Positions 8,289 through 20,181 are shown, numbered from the stretch's first letter. The stretch is DNA of 32,000 bases from Phycisphaera mikurensis NBRC 102666 (GCF_000284115.1 NC_017080.1:2790001-2822000); one strand, 5' to 3'. A program made the numbers and translations. Notes: generated by a model from the sequence alone, not told the origin.

Positions 8289-8912
8289 ATGCGTTCCCTC
8301 CCCGCCATCGTCCTCACCGCCGCCCTCGGCATCCCCGCCTCCGCGGCCGTGCCGGTCTCCTCCTTCGAAGAGGCCAGCCCCGGCACCGCGGTCGGCGGCG
8401 AGGGCGTCGTGGTCGCGGACGGCGAGGGCATCAGCGACGGGCGGCAGGCGCTGCGTCTGCCGCTGTCCGCGGTGCCGGAGGGCCACGACGGCAAGAAGAT
8501 CGGCCACCTCGTCGTCGACAACGGCTTCCTGACGCGGAACCCCGCCGGGTTCGCCGCCGACGGCATCGCTCTCTCCGCCGTGCTCCCCGCCGCCGCACGC
8601 TCGGCCGGGCGGGCGCCGAGCCTGCGCGTCGCGATCTTCCACGTCGGCGACGACGACCGGCACGTCTACCACGTCTGCGGCGTCATCGCGGGGGAGAACC
8701 TCGACGGCACCGTCTCGCTGCGCTTCGACGAGGAGAGCCAAGCGGTCTTCGAGGAGAGCGCGGTCCGGCGCGGCTACGCCCAGCTCGAGTTTGCGCTCGT
8801 GAACCCCGGCGGCCTCACCGACGGCACAATCACGATCGACGACGTCCGCCTGCTGACACCGGACGACGCGGACCCGGCGGACCCGGCGGACGCGCCCGTG
8901 GAGCCGGAGTAG
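8289..8912 (+). CDS. secreted hypothetical protein (beta-sandwich/CBM-like by eye)
   Basis: 207 aa from ATG 8289, in frame within the 6918..8912 track ORF. Signal peptide MRSLPAIVLTAALGIPASA-AVP. Ends with ...GTITIDDVRLL followed by an acidic DPADPAD tail. I recognise no family. Confidence 0.55.
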   Translation: MRSLPAIVLTAALGIPASAAVPVSSFEEASPGTAVGGEGVVVADGEGISDGRQALRLPLSAVPEGHDGKKIGHLVVDNGFLTRNPAGFAADGIALSAVLPAAARSAGRAPSLRVAIFHVGDDDRHVYHVCGVIAGENLDGTVSLRFDEESQAVFEESAVRRGYAQLEFALVNPGGLTDGTITIDDVRLLTPDDADPADPADAPVEPE

Positions 8913-8962
8913 CCGGCTTCCTCGAGCGGGGCCGGAAGCGCGAGCCGCTCCCGGGCGGCGGG

Positions 8963-9871
8963 TCAGCTGCGCACGAAGTGCCCCGCCTCCACCTCCTGGA
9001 GGCACGCCCCTTCACGCCGGTCCAGCGCCGCCCCCGCGGGCACGGTCGGCAGCCGCTCGGGCGTGTGCCCCAGCCGCGGCATCGCCGCGAGCAGCCCCCG
9101 CGTGTACGGGTGACGCGGATCCGCGAACAGCTCGTCCACGCCGGCCACCTCCAGCACCCGGCCGCCCTGCATCACCACCACGCGGTCCGCGTTCTCGGCG
9201 ACCACGCCCAGGTCGTGGGTGATGAGCATCACCGCCATCCCGCGCTCCGCCTGCAGCGTGCGGAGCAGCCCGAGGATCTGCGCCTGGATCGTCACGTCCA
9301 GCGCCGTCGTCGGCTCGTCGGCCAGCAGCAGCCGCGGCCGGCACGCCAGCGCCATCGCGATCATGTAACGCTGCCGCATCCCGCCCGAGGCCTGGTGCGG
9401 GTACTCGTGCAGCCGGGCCGCGGGGTCGGCCACGCCCACGGCCTGGAGCGCGTCCCGCGCCACGCCCTCCGCCTCACCCGGTGAGACGTCCCGGTGCAGC
9501 AGCACCGCCTCGGTGATCTGATCGCCGATCGTGTAGACCGGATTCAGCGACGTCATCGGCTCCTGGAAGATCATCGCGATCTGGGCTCCGCGCACCCGCC
9601 GCATGCGTTTCTCGGGCTGCGCCAGGAGGTCGATCGCGTCGCCGTCGGCCCCGCCCCGCCACCAGATCTCGCCGCTTGTGGTCTCCCCCGGCGGCTCGGG
9701 GATCAGCCCCAGCACGCTCATCGCCGTCACGCTCTTCCCCGAGCCCGACTCTCCGACCACCGCCAGCGTCTCGCCGGCGTGAACCTCCATCGACACCCCA
9801 TCCGCCGCGACCACGTCGCCGAAGCGGACCGTCAGATCGCGGACTTCCAGCAGCGGAGGGGCATCCTGCAT
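8963..9871 (-). CDS. ABC transporter ATP-binding protein, oligopeptide/dipeptide (OppD/DppD) type
   Basis: 302 aa. Walker A GESGSGKS, signature SGGMRQR, Walker [13 protein letters not shown], and the C-terminal HPYTRGLL motif of the Opp/Dpp ATPase C-domain. No permease or binding-protein gene in the window. Confidence 0.9.
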   Translation of the reverse strand: MQDAPPLLEVRDLTVRFGDVVAADGVSMEVHAGETLAVVGESGSGKSVTAMSVLGLIPEPPGETTSGEIWWRGGADGDAIDLLAQPEKRMRRVRGAQIAMIFQEPMTSLNPVYTIGDQITEAVLLHRDVSPGEAEGVARDALQAVGVADPAARLHEYPHQASGGMRQRYMIAMALACRPRLLLADEPTTALDVTIQAQILGLLRTLQAERGMAVMLITHDLGVVAENADRVVVMQGGRVLEVAGVDELFADPRHPYTRGLLAAMPRLGHTPERLPTVPAGAALDRREGACLQEVEAGHFVRS

Positions 9872-9936
9872 GGAGCGAGGTTAAGGGAGGGGCGGGCGGC
9901 GTACGAGCAGCCGCTCCGAAGGAGCCCAGCCCCCGA

Positions 9937-11064
9937 TCAGCGCTTCCCCAGCTCCCCCGGGTTCAACCCAAGGAGGTCCTCCACCACGAACAGCCCGTCC
10001 TTCCGCACGAGCTCGCCGTCGAGGTGCAGCTCCCCGCCGCCGCGGCGCTCGTCCTGGATCAGCACCAGGTCCCAGTGGATGTCGCTGCGGTTGCCGTTGT
10101 TGGCGGCCTCGTAAGCGCGGCCGAGGGCGAGGTGGACGCTGCCGCCGATCTTCTCGTCGAACAGGATGTCGCCCATGGGCTCGGTGATCACCGGGTGGAA
10201 ACCGACGGCGAACTCGCCGAAGGATCTCGCCCCCTCGTCCGTGGCGAGGATGGCATCGAGGGCCTCCTGGCCCGCGGCGGCGGTGGCACGGGTGACCACG
10301 CCGTCGGCCAGCTCCAGCCGCACGCGGTCGAGGGGCTTGCCGAGGTAGCGGGTGGGCGTGTTGAAGGCGATGACCCCGTTGGCGGAGCCCGCGACCGGTG
10401 CGGAGAAGCACTCGCCGTCGGGCACGTTGTGCCCGCCGGTGCAGGCGACGGCGGGAACGCCGGCGATCGAGAAGGAGAGGTCGGTGTCGCCGGGGCCGAC
10501 GATCCGCACGTGCTCGGCCGCGGCCATCCGCCGCTCCAGCGGCTTGACCGCCTCGGCCATCGCCGGGTAATCGGCGTTGCAGACCGAGAAGTAGAAGTCC
10601 TCGAAGTCGCGGGTGCTCCGGCCCGCCGCCTGCGCCATGGAAGGCGTCGGCCAGCGAAGCACGCACCACCGCGTGTGCTTCACGCGCTGCTCGCCGTGGA
10701 CGGGCGTCTGGTACAGCCGGGCGTGCTTCTGCGCGTCCGACTCCGAGAGGCCGGCCAGCTCGGCGGAGTTGTGGGCGCCCCGCATCCCGATGTAGGCGTC
10801 CATGCGCTTCATGCGGTCCAGGTCGTTCGCCGCCCAGGTGTCGAGCTGCTCGGCGTCGGCTCCATCGAGCAGCGCCCGCTGAACCTCACCGCTCCGCAGC
10901 GCGACGTGCGGGTGCGCGCCGAGGCGCTTGGCCCCCTCGATCAACGCCACCACCATCGCCTCGGGCAGGTCGAACGCCTCGATGAGCAGGTGCTCGCCGG
11001 GCTGGAGCTTGGTGGAGTGGTGGAGGAGCGTGTGCGCGAGCTGCGTGATGCGGGGATCGGTCAT
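9937..11064 (-). CDS. aminopeptidase, M29 (AmpS/PepS/aminopeptidase T) family
   Basis: 375 aa from ATG 11064 (MTDPRITQLAHTLLHHSTKLQPGEHLLIEA...). C-terminal ...GFHPVITEPMGDILFDEKIGGSVHLALGRAY...NRSDIHWDLV is typical of M29. The track ORF extends to 11475 only because the upstream repeat array has no stops. Confidence 0.85.
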   Translation of the reverse strand: MTDPRITQLAHTLLHHSTKLQPGEHLLIEAFDLPEAMVVALIEGAKRLGAHPHVALRSGEVQRALLDGADAEQLDTWAANDLDRMKRMDAYIGMRGAHNSAELAGLSESDAQKHARLYQTPVHGEQRVKHTRWCVLRWPTPSMAQAAGRSTRDFEDFYFSVCNADYPAMAEAVKPLERRMAAAEHVRIVGPGDTDLSFSIAGVPAVACTGGHNVPDGECFSAPVAGSANGVIAFNTPTRYLGKPLDRVRLELADGVVTRATAAAGQEALDAILATDEGARSFGEFAVGFHPVITEPMGDILFDEKIGGSVHLALGRAYEAANNGNRSDIHWDLVLIQDERRGGGELHLDGELVRKDGLFVVEDLLGLNPGELGKR

Positions 11065-11131
11065 GGCCTGTTGTAGGAACGGCCTCCCGCCGGAAAGGAA
11101 AAACAGAGAAACGGACCGGAACGAGAACAGA

Positions 11132-11507
11132 CCCGGCAAAGGGACCCGGAAAAGGGGACCCGGAAAAGGTGACAGCCACCGTATAGGGACGACCCGGAAA
11201 AGGGACCCGGAAAAGGTGACAGCCACCGTATAGGGACGACCCGGAAAAGGTGACAGCCACCGTATAGGGACGACCCGGAAAAGGTGACAGCCACCGTTCA
11301 GGGACGAGGAAAAGGACCCGGAAAAGGTGACAGCCACCGTATAGGGACGGGCCCGGAAAAGGTGGGAGCCGCAAAAGGTGGCCCGGAAAAGGGCCCGAAA
11401 AGGTGGCAGCCACCGTTTAAGAGGACCCGGAAAAGGTGACAGCCACCGTTTAGACCCGGAAAAGATGAAAGCCACCGTTCAGGGACGAGGAAAAGGTGAC
11501 AGGCACC
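11132..11507. repeat. degenerate tandem array of a ~34-bp unit CCCGGAAAAGGTGACAGCCACCGTATAGGGACGA (about 10 cores)
   Basis: Exact 34-mers at 11159, 11206 and 11240. Near-exact or variant units start at 11274, 11317, 11352, 11382, 11426 and 11455. Short CCCGGAAAAGGG(A) half-units sit at 11145 and 11193. Each core holds the small inverted repeat GGTG-ACAGC-CACC; the variant near 11402 is GGTGGC-A-GCCACC. Confidence 0.9.
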
Positions 11508-11573
11508 CATCGGATCCGCCGGCAAGGATCGAGCCACGGCTGCCAGCCGGGTCGTCATCCTGCCCAACGCCAC

Positions 11574-11591
11574 GGACGAAGTGCTTCGTCC
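11574..11591 (-). terminator. hairpin GGACGAAG-TG-CTTCGTCC downstream of secDF (possible terminator, no U-tract)
   Basis: 8-nt perfect inverted repeat read directly. Lies 57 nt past the secDF stop. Confidence 0.25.
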
Positions 11592-11647
11592 GCATCGGCC
11601 GCCGGAGACACCAGCGAATGGACCTGACCCCTTCGCTCTCGTCCTGC

Positions 11648-14600
11648 TCAGGCCGTCGCCGGCCGCCCCGCCGCCGCTGGCGACGGCTTCTTGGCCTTGC
11701 CCCCGCCGACCAGCAGCAGCGGGGCCGCGATGGCGAACGACGAGTAGGTGCCCACGAAGACGCCGATCAACATCGCGAAGGCGAAGCCGTGAACGCCCGG
11801 GCCGCCGAGCAGGTAGAGGATGCCGACGGCGAGCAGCGTGGTGCCCGAGGTCAGCACCGTCCGGCTGATCGTCTGGTTGATCGAGTCGTTGACGATCTGC
11901 GGCGTCGGCTCGGGGAGCCGGCCCTTGTTCTCGCGGATGCGGTCGAAGATGATGATCGTGTCGTTGAGCGAGTAGCCGATCAGCGTCAGGATCGCGGCGA
12001 CGATCGCCAGGTTGATCTTGAAGTCGTCGAGCAGGAAGGCCTGCGCCCAGCTCTGCCCGTAGAGCCAGCCGCAGATCGCGAGCAGCCCCACGGCCGCCGC
12101 CACGTCGTGGACGAGCGCGACGATCGCCGCGAGGCCGTAGCGGAAGCTGCCGAAGCGGAGCGCGATGTAGGCGATCACGACGAGGATCGACAGCACCATG
12201 GCCGCGAGCGCCTGCTGCTGCATCGTGCCGGAGACCTGGCTGTCGAACTTGGTCACCGACGCGAGCGAGGAGTCGGTCGCGAGCGCGTCCTGCACGAGCT
12301 TCCACTCGGTGGCGGCGAGGCCGTCGGCCGCGTCGAAGCCGGTGCGGTCGGCCGCGTAATCGGTGAGGCCGTCGGAGGCCAGCACGACCATCCGCGAGAA
12401 GGCGGGCTCGCCGTCGGCGTTCACGCCGCCGCGGTCCAGCCCGATCACCTCGAAGTCGCGGAAGCCCAGCTCGGCGAAGTCGGGCTGGCGGCGCATCCGC
12501 ATGATGCGGTCGGTGACGTCGGCGACCGACGCGGCGGGCTCGAGCCCCTCGAGCACCAGGGCGACGCCGCCGGTGTAGGCCCGCGTGTCGACCTGCACGG
12601 TGGGGTCGTCGATGACCTCCGAGAGCTGCCCCGCGTCGATGGGTTCGACCCGCCCGGCGGCCTCGCCCACGCTGCGGCCGGCGTCGGCGAAGGAGATGGC
12701 CGAGGTGGTGTCGAGCACGTCGGCGAAGGCGGTCTTCACCGCCTCGGACACCGCCTCGGCGTCGGACACCAGCGTCGCGATCGTGAAGCCGGTCGTCGCC
12801 CCGGTGACCGGGTCCTTGGTGTTGACCACGCTCGCGTTCTCGAGCTTCAGCCAGTCCACCGAGTCGTCACCCGAGGCCGCCTGGTCTTCGGCGTACGCCT
12901 CGAGCCGCTGCCGCGCCTCGGGCAGCTCCATCGACTTGCCCTCGGCAAACTCGACGACCACCTCCGTGCCGGAGCGGAACTCGATGTCGAGCACCTCGGC
13001 CCCCCGGCTGACCAGCACGATGCCGCCCAGGACGATCACCGCGGCGGAGAAGGGCAGGAAGAACCTGCGGAGCGCGAACCAGTCGATGTTCGGCTCGAGC
13101 AGCCGCCGGAGGACCGGCACCTTGTCGGGAAGCACCGTCATCCGCTGCGGCTTGAGGTAGACGACCGCCAGCTCGAAGAGCACGCGCGAGCCGAACAGCG
13201 TCGCGAAGAGGGTGGAGAGGATGCCGATGCCCAGCACCAGCGCGAAGCCCTTGATCTCGCTGGTGGCGGTGTAGTAGAGCACCACGCAGGTGAGCAGCGA
13301 GGTCACGTTCGCGTCGAGGATCGAGGAGAACGCCTTGCTGAAGCCCTCGCGGACGGCAACCGGGAACTCGACACCCCGGACCCGCTCCTCGCGGATCCGC
13401 TCGAAGATCAGCACGTTCGCGTCCACCGCCATGCCGATCGTCAGCACGAGGCCGGCGATGCCCGGCAGCGTGAACGTGGCGTCGAGCATCGCCATGATCC
13501 CGAGGATCGAGATCATCGTCACCGCGAGAGCGACCACCGCCACCAGCCCGGCGAAGAAGTAGTAGACGATCATGAAGACCGCCACGATCAGCAGCGCCAC
13601 GACCGAGGCGCGGATGCCCGCCTCGAGGTTGTCGCGGCCGAGCTGGGGGCCGGTGCTCTTGATCGAGATCGGGTCGTAGGACAGCGTCGCGGCGAGCGAG
13701 CCGGCCCGCAGCGTCTTCGCCAGCGCCTGCGCCTCGTCGTTGTTGAAGCTGCCGGTGATCTGGACGCCGCCGCGGCCGAGCGCGTCGTTGATGTTCGGGG
13801 CGGTGTAGACCCGGCCGTCGAGCAGAACCGCCATCGGGCGGCCGATGTTCGGCGCCGTCATCTGGCGGAGGAGACCGGCTCCGGCGACGTCGAGGTTGAA
13901 GACCACGGCGGGAGCCCCGTTGGGGTCCTGGCCGACGCCGGCGGAGGCGAGCGCCCACTCGTCGTCCCCGGTCATCGCGAGGCCGCGGCTGTTCGCCAGC
14001 AGCATGTAGGGCTCGCCGTCGTACTCCGCGAACACGTAGCCGGGGCGGCTGGCCTGCAGGATCGCCGTCGTCCGCGAGGGATCGGCCTTGATCGCCTCGC
14101 GGGCGGCGCGGTCGTTGCGGCTGTCCACGAAGGAGAGCGGATCCTTCAAGGGGAACCAGCGCCACGGCTCGCCGCGGCCGCCCCGCGTGCCGCTCTCGGC
14201 GAGCAGCGTGCGGTAACGCTCCACGTCGGCGGGTCGCTCGCCGGAGGTCGCCGCGATCCGGAACTCCAGCACGCCCTGGCCGCGGAGCAGCCGGATGAGG
14301 TCGTTGGGGTCGTCCAGCGGGCCCTTGACTTCGTCGTAGGCGTCGCTGGCGGCGGCGACGGCGTCCACGGCCTCGGAGCGCTCCGGCGCCGCGGCCTTGA
14401 GCGCACGCAGCGCCGCCGCGCGGGGCGACTCCGCCTCGCCACGGCCCGCGTCGCGGGGCAGCGCCAGCGTCCGCTCCAGCTCCGCGGGCGTGATGGTTTC
14501 CGCGAGGAGGGCGTCGCGGGCCGCCCGGTACGCGTCGCGGGCGTCGAGCAGGCGGACCGCCGCGGCGTCGACCGCGTCCTGCCCGCGGTCCGGGTCCGAC

Positions 14601-15106
14601 TCCGCCGCCTCGTAGGCCGCCCGGGCCGCGTCGCGGTCGGCGGCCAGCGTGCTGAGCCCCTCCAGCGCCTCCGCCTGAGCGGGGTGCGCCGCGGCGAGCG
14701 CGGCCACGGCCTCGTCCCGCTCGGCCCCGCTGCGCGACAGCGCCGCCTCGAGGTCGCGCTCCGAGAGGTTGCCCTCGAGCAGGTCCCGCTTCGCCTGCTC
14801 CAGCGCTTGCCGCCGCTCGCCGACCACGGGCGGGGCCTGCGCCATCTGGACGGTCAGGCGGTTGCCCGCTTCGCCCCGCCACACCAGGTTGCGGATGCCG
14901 CGGGGGTCGACGCGGTCCTTGAGGATCGCGATGGTGTCCTCGATCGCCGTACGCGAGTCCGCCGAGGGCGGCACCTGCACCGAATACGTCAGCGTGGTGC
15001 CGCCGGCGAGGTCGATGCCGGGGTTGAGGCCCTGCGTCCAGAGCAGCAGCGCACTGAGAAGCACCACGGAGGCGAGGAGGATCGGTTTCCAGACGGGGTA
15101 GCGCAT
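11648..15106 (-). CDS. secDF: protein translocase subunit SecDF (fused SecD-SecF)
   Basis: 1152-aa ORF. N-terminal TM then GIDLAGGT. SecD TM bundle (...GPQLGRDNLEAGIRASVVALLIVAVFMIVYY...), then a second periplasmic domain and the SecF TM bundle (...FGSFRYGLAAIVALVHDV...SLNDTIIIFDRIREN). Sits after yajC. Carries a long Ala/Asp/Arg-rich helical insert at about residues 95-290. Confidence 0.93.
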   Translation of the reverse strand: MRYPVWKPILLASVVLLSALLLWTQGLNPGIDLAGGTTLTYSVQVPPSADSRTAIEDTIAILKDRVDPRGIRNLVWRGEAGNRLTVQMAQAPPVVGERRQALEQAKRDLLEGNLSERDLEAALSRSGAERDEAVAALAAAHPAQAEALEGLSTLAADRDAARAAYEAAESDPDRGQDAVDAAAVRLLDARDAYRAARDALLAETITPAELERTLALPRDAGRGEAESPRAAALRALKAAAPERSEAVDAVAAASDAYDEVKGPLDDPNDLIRLLRGQGVLEFRIAATSGERPADVERYRTLLAESGTRGGRGEPWRWFPLKDPLSFVDSRNDRAAREAIKADPSRTTAILQASRPGYVFAEYDGEPYMLLANSRGLAMTGDDEWALASAGVGQDPNGAPAVVFNLDVAGAGLLRQMTAPNIGRPMAVLLDGRVYTAPNINDALGRGGVQITGSFNNDEAQALAKTLRAGSLAATLSYDPISIKSTGPQLGRDNLEAGIRASVVALLIVAVFMIVYYFFAGLVAVVALAVTMISILGIMAMLDATFTLPGIAGLVLTIGMAVDANVLIFERIREERVRGVEFPVAVREGFSKAFSSILDANVTSLLTCVVLYYTATSEIKGFALVLGIGILSTLFATLFGSRVLFELAVVYLKPQRMTVLPDKVPVLRRLLEPNIDWFALRRFFLPFSAAVIVLGGIVLVSRGAEVLDIEFRSGTEVVVEFAEGKSMELPEARQRLEAYAEDQAASGDDSVDWLKLENASVVNTKDPVTGATTGFTIATLVSDAEAVSEAVKTAFADVLDTTSAISFADAGRSVGEAAGRVEPIDAGQLSEVIDDPTVQVDTRAYTGGVALVLEGLEPAASVADVTDRIMRMRRQPDFAELGFRDFEVIGLDRGGVNADGEPAFSRMVVLASDGLTDYAADRTGFDAADGLAATEWKLVQDALATDSSLASVTKFDSQVSGTMQQQALAAMVLSILVVIAYIALRFGSFRYGLAAIVALVHDVAAAVGLLAICGWLYGQSWAQAFLLDDFKINLAIVAAILTLIGYSLNDTIIIFDRIRENKGRLPEPTPQIVNDSINQTISRTVLTSGTTLLAVGILYLLGGPGVHGFAFAMLIGVFVGTYSSFAIAAPLLLVGGGKAKKPSPAAAGRPATA

Positions 15107-15169
15107 GGCGGCGTGGGCCCTGCGGGCCGAACTTGAGAGGAGGCGATTTCCGCCGACGGCGGCGGTGGA

Positions 15170-15217
15170 TCCGCGGACCGCGGCTCCAAAGCGGCGCGGG
15201 CGGCCGCGGTCCGCGGA
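15170..15217. repeat. REP-like palindromic element, copy 2 (TCCGCGGACCGCGG-N20-CCGCGGTCCGCGGA)
   Basis: 14-nt perfect inverted repeat: 15170-15183 pairs with 15204-15217. Ends 1 nt from the yajC stop codon, in the yajC-secDF spacer. Confidence 0.75.
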
Positions 15218-15218
15218 C

Positions 15219-15638
15219 TCAGGAGAGCACGGTGGTGACGGCAGACTTCGCGAAGCGGAGGCGGGTGTTGGAGTTCTCGTCCACCTTCACCACGAGCTCG
15301 TCGTCACGCACCTCCACCACGGTGCCCAGGATGCCGCCGACGGTCTGCACCTTCGAGCCCTTCGCCAGCGAGGCGAGCAGCTCGGCCTTCTTCTTCTTCT
15401 CCTTCCGCCCGGAGGTGATCGAGAAGAAGATCATCACCAGGAACATGCCCCCGATGATCAGCAGGAAGGAGCCGCCGAAGGGGTCCTGCACCGGGCGGGC
15501 ACCCGTCGCGGAAGGGTCGCCCAGGGGGGCCCCGTCCGCGCCGGTGATGGGGGTGGCGTCCGCGGGCGGCGGCGCGGTCTCGGCCGGCGGCGGAGCGGTG
15601 GGTGCGGGTGCGGCTTCGGCTTGGGCGATCAGGAGCAT
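15219..15638 (-). CDS. yajC: preprotein translocase subunit YajC
   Basis: 139 aa. Single TM FLLIIGGMFLVMIFFSI followed by RKEKKKKAELLASLAKGSKVQTVGGILGTVVEV, the YajC core (...GDxVxTxGGIxGxV). Has a Pro/Ala-rich N-terminal extension. Sits between tgt and secDF. Confidence 0.85.
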   Translation of the reverse strand: MLLIAQAEAAPAPTAPPPAETAPPPADATPITGADGAPLGDPSATGARPVQDPFGGSFLLIIGGMFLVMIFFSITSGRKEKKKKAELLASLAKGSKVQTVGGILGTVVEVRDDELVVKVDENSNTRLRFAKSAVTTVLS

Positions 15639-15944
15639 GGAGGTCCCGGCGGGGGATTTTCTGGGAGGGAGCGAACCGGAAGCCCCCGGCCGGCGCGAAC
15701 GCCGCCCGGTGGGCCGGAGAGCTTACGGACTCGCGGGCCGCCGCGGTTCGCCGCGCTCCCGAGGACAAGCGGAGCAGGAAGGCAACCCGCGAATGATCGC
15801 AGACGGACACGGACGAAGACGCGCGTGCATGGAAGAGCGGAAAGCCCTCAGGGCGTTGAGGCTGCCTCCACGTCCATGCGCTGGGCGGACGGCTCCGGCT
15901 TCCGGGGGGCTTCGTCTGCCGCGGCGAGGTCGAGCCCCGTGGGT

Positions 15945-17108
15945 TCATCTGCGCTCATCGGCGGCTTGCCCCTCTTCGGGACCGATCGCGCAGGGCCAGC
16001 GAGAGAAGAACGCGTCCCAGCGGCCGCCGGGGATCGTCGCCCGCAGGTCGGCCATCAGCCGCTGGTACAGCCGCAGGTTGTGCAGCGTGAGCAGCACCCC
16101 GCCGAGGATCTCCCCGCACTTGACGAGGTGGTGCAGGTACGCCCGCGTGTACCCGCCGACGCACGCCGGGCAGTCGCAGGCGTCTTCCAGCACCGCAAAG
16201 TCCTCGCGGAAGGGCGCGTTCTTGAGCTTGAGCGCCCCCGCCGCCGTGAAGGCGTGACCGCTGCGGCCGTGCCGCGTGGGCAGCACGCAGTCGAAGAGGT
16301 CCACGCCGCTGCGGACCGCCGCCACGATGTCGCGCGGGTAGCCGACGCCCATCAGGTAGCGCGGCTTGTCCGCCGGCATGAGCGGAGCCGTGTGGGCGAC
16401 GATCCGGTCGATCGCCGCCGTGTCCTCGCCCACCGCCACGCCGCCGATCGCGTAGCCGGGCAGGTCGTGCGAGCACACCGCCTCCACGCACGCCGCCCGG
16501 TCGCCCTCGTCGGTCCCGCCCTGGACGATGCCGAAGAGCGCCTGCCGGCCGTCGCGGCCGCGGCCGCGGTGGAAGGCCACGCAGCGGTCCAGCCACCGGT
16601 GCGTCCGCTCCATCGCCAGCTTCGACCGCTCCCGGGCCGCCGCCGGATCGTCGCCGCCGGCCGGCGGGCAGTCGTCGAAGGCCATCAGGATGTCGCCGCC
16701 GATCGCGTGCTGCGTCGCGATCGAACGCTCCGGCGTCAGGTCGACGAGGTCCCCGTTGAGCGGGTTCTTGAAGACGACGCCGTCCTCGCCGATCCGGTTG
16801 ATGTGCCCCAGCGAGAACACCTGGAAGCCGCCGGAGTCGGTCAGGATCGGCCCGTCCCACCGCATGAAGCGGTGGAGGCCCCCGGCTCTTTCCAGCAGCT
16901 CCGGCCCCGGCCGCAGCAGCAGGTGGTACGTGTTGCCCAGCAGGATCCCCGCCCCCGTGGCCCGCACCTGCTCCGGCGTCACGCCCTTGACCGTGCCCTG
17001 CGTCCCCACGGTCATGAACGCCGGCGTCGGGAAGCTCCCGTGCGGGGTGTGCACCGTCCCGGTGCGCGGGCCGGCGGGGCCGGATGCGTGGTGGAGCTCG
17101 AACTTCAC
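15945..17108 (-). CDS. tgt: queuine tRNA-ribosyltransferase
   Basis: 387 aa with a GTG start. TPAFMTVGTQGTVKG, LLGNTYHL, TDSGGFQVFSL and the zinc site CDCPAC...H are all Tgt hallmarks. Conserved tgt-yajC-secDF order. Confidence 0.95.
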   Translation of the reverse strand: MKFELHHASGPAGPRTGTVHTPHGSFPTPAFMTVGTQGTVKGVTPEQVRATGAGILLGNTYHLLLRPGPELLERAGGLHRFMRWDGPILTDSGGFQVFSLGHINRIGEDGVVFKNPLNGDLVDLTPERSIATQHAIGGDILMAFDDCPPAGGDDPAAARERSKLAMERTHRWLDRCVAFHRGRGRDGRQALFGIVQGGTDEGDRAACVEAVCSHDLPGYAIGGVAVGEDTAAIDRIVAHTAPLMPADKPRYLMGVGYPRDIVAAVRSGVDLFDCVLPTRHGRSGHAFTAAGALKLKNAPFREDFAVLEDACDCPACVGGYTRAYLHHLVKCGEILGGVLLTLHNLRLYQRLMADLRATIPGGRWDAFFSRWPCAIGPEEGQAADERR

Positions 17109-17149
17109 GGGGGGAACATGACAGATCCGCTCCGGCTCTAGTCTTGCGC

Positions 17150-20131
<2,982 letters not shown>

Positions 20132-20164
20132 ACTCCGCTGCGCGGGGAGCCTCCGCCGACGAAG

Positions 20165-20181
20165 CCCCGCCCTCGGCGGGG
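20165..20181 (+). terminator. GC hairpin CCCCGCC-CTC-GGCGGGG after gcvP (weak terminator candidate)
   Basis: 7-bp stem read directly, 34 nt past the gcvP stop. No U-tract. Confidence 0.25.

Noticed and set aside
11065-11475. N-terminal extension of the aminopeptidase ORF, plus other minus-strand ORFs through the repeat array that encode PFPGRPYTVAVTFSGS-type peptide repeats.
   Set aside because: The DNA period is about 34 bp, not a multiple of 3, so the peptide register shifts every unit. All three frames are open simply because the repeat lacks stop codons. The M29 homology starts at MTDPRITQ (11064).
11132-11507. CRISPR array interpretation of the 34-bp tandem repeats.
   Set aside because: The repeats are directly abutting, with no unique spacers of comparable length. 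No cas genes or leader are present in the window.
11378-15136. 1252-aa plus-strand ORF opposite secDF. Similar giant ORFs: 17138..20662 (-, 1174 aa), 21456..24194 (-, 912 aa), 23399..25756 (-, 785 aa), 27509..30304 (+, 931 aa), 4462..6549 (-, 695 aa) and 15105..17141 (+, 678 aa).
   Set aside because: These are shadow frames of a very GC-rich genome. They are Arg/Gly/Pro/Ala/Asp/His-dominated with no recognisable motifs. Each lies antisense to, or out of frame with, a gene that has unmistakable family signatures.
17109-17149. Glycine riboswitch upstream of gcvP.
   Set aside because: Only 41 bp separate the divergent tgt and gcvP starts, which is too short for even a single glycine aptamer. 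No conserved aptamer core was seen.
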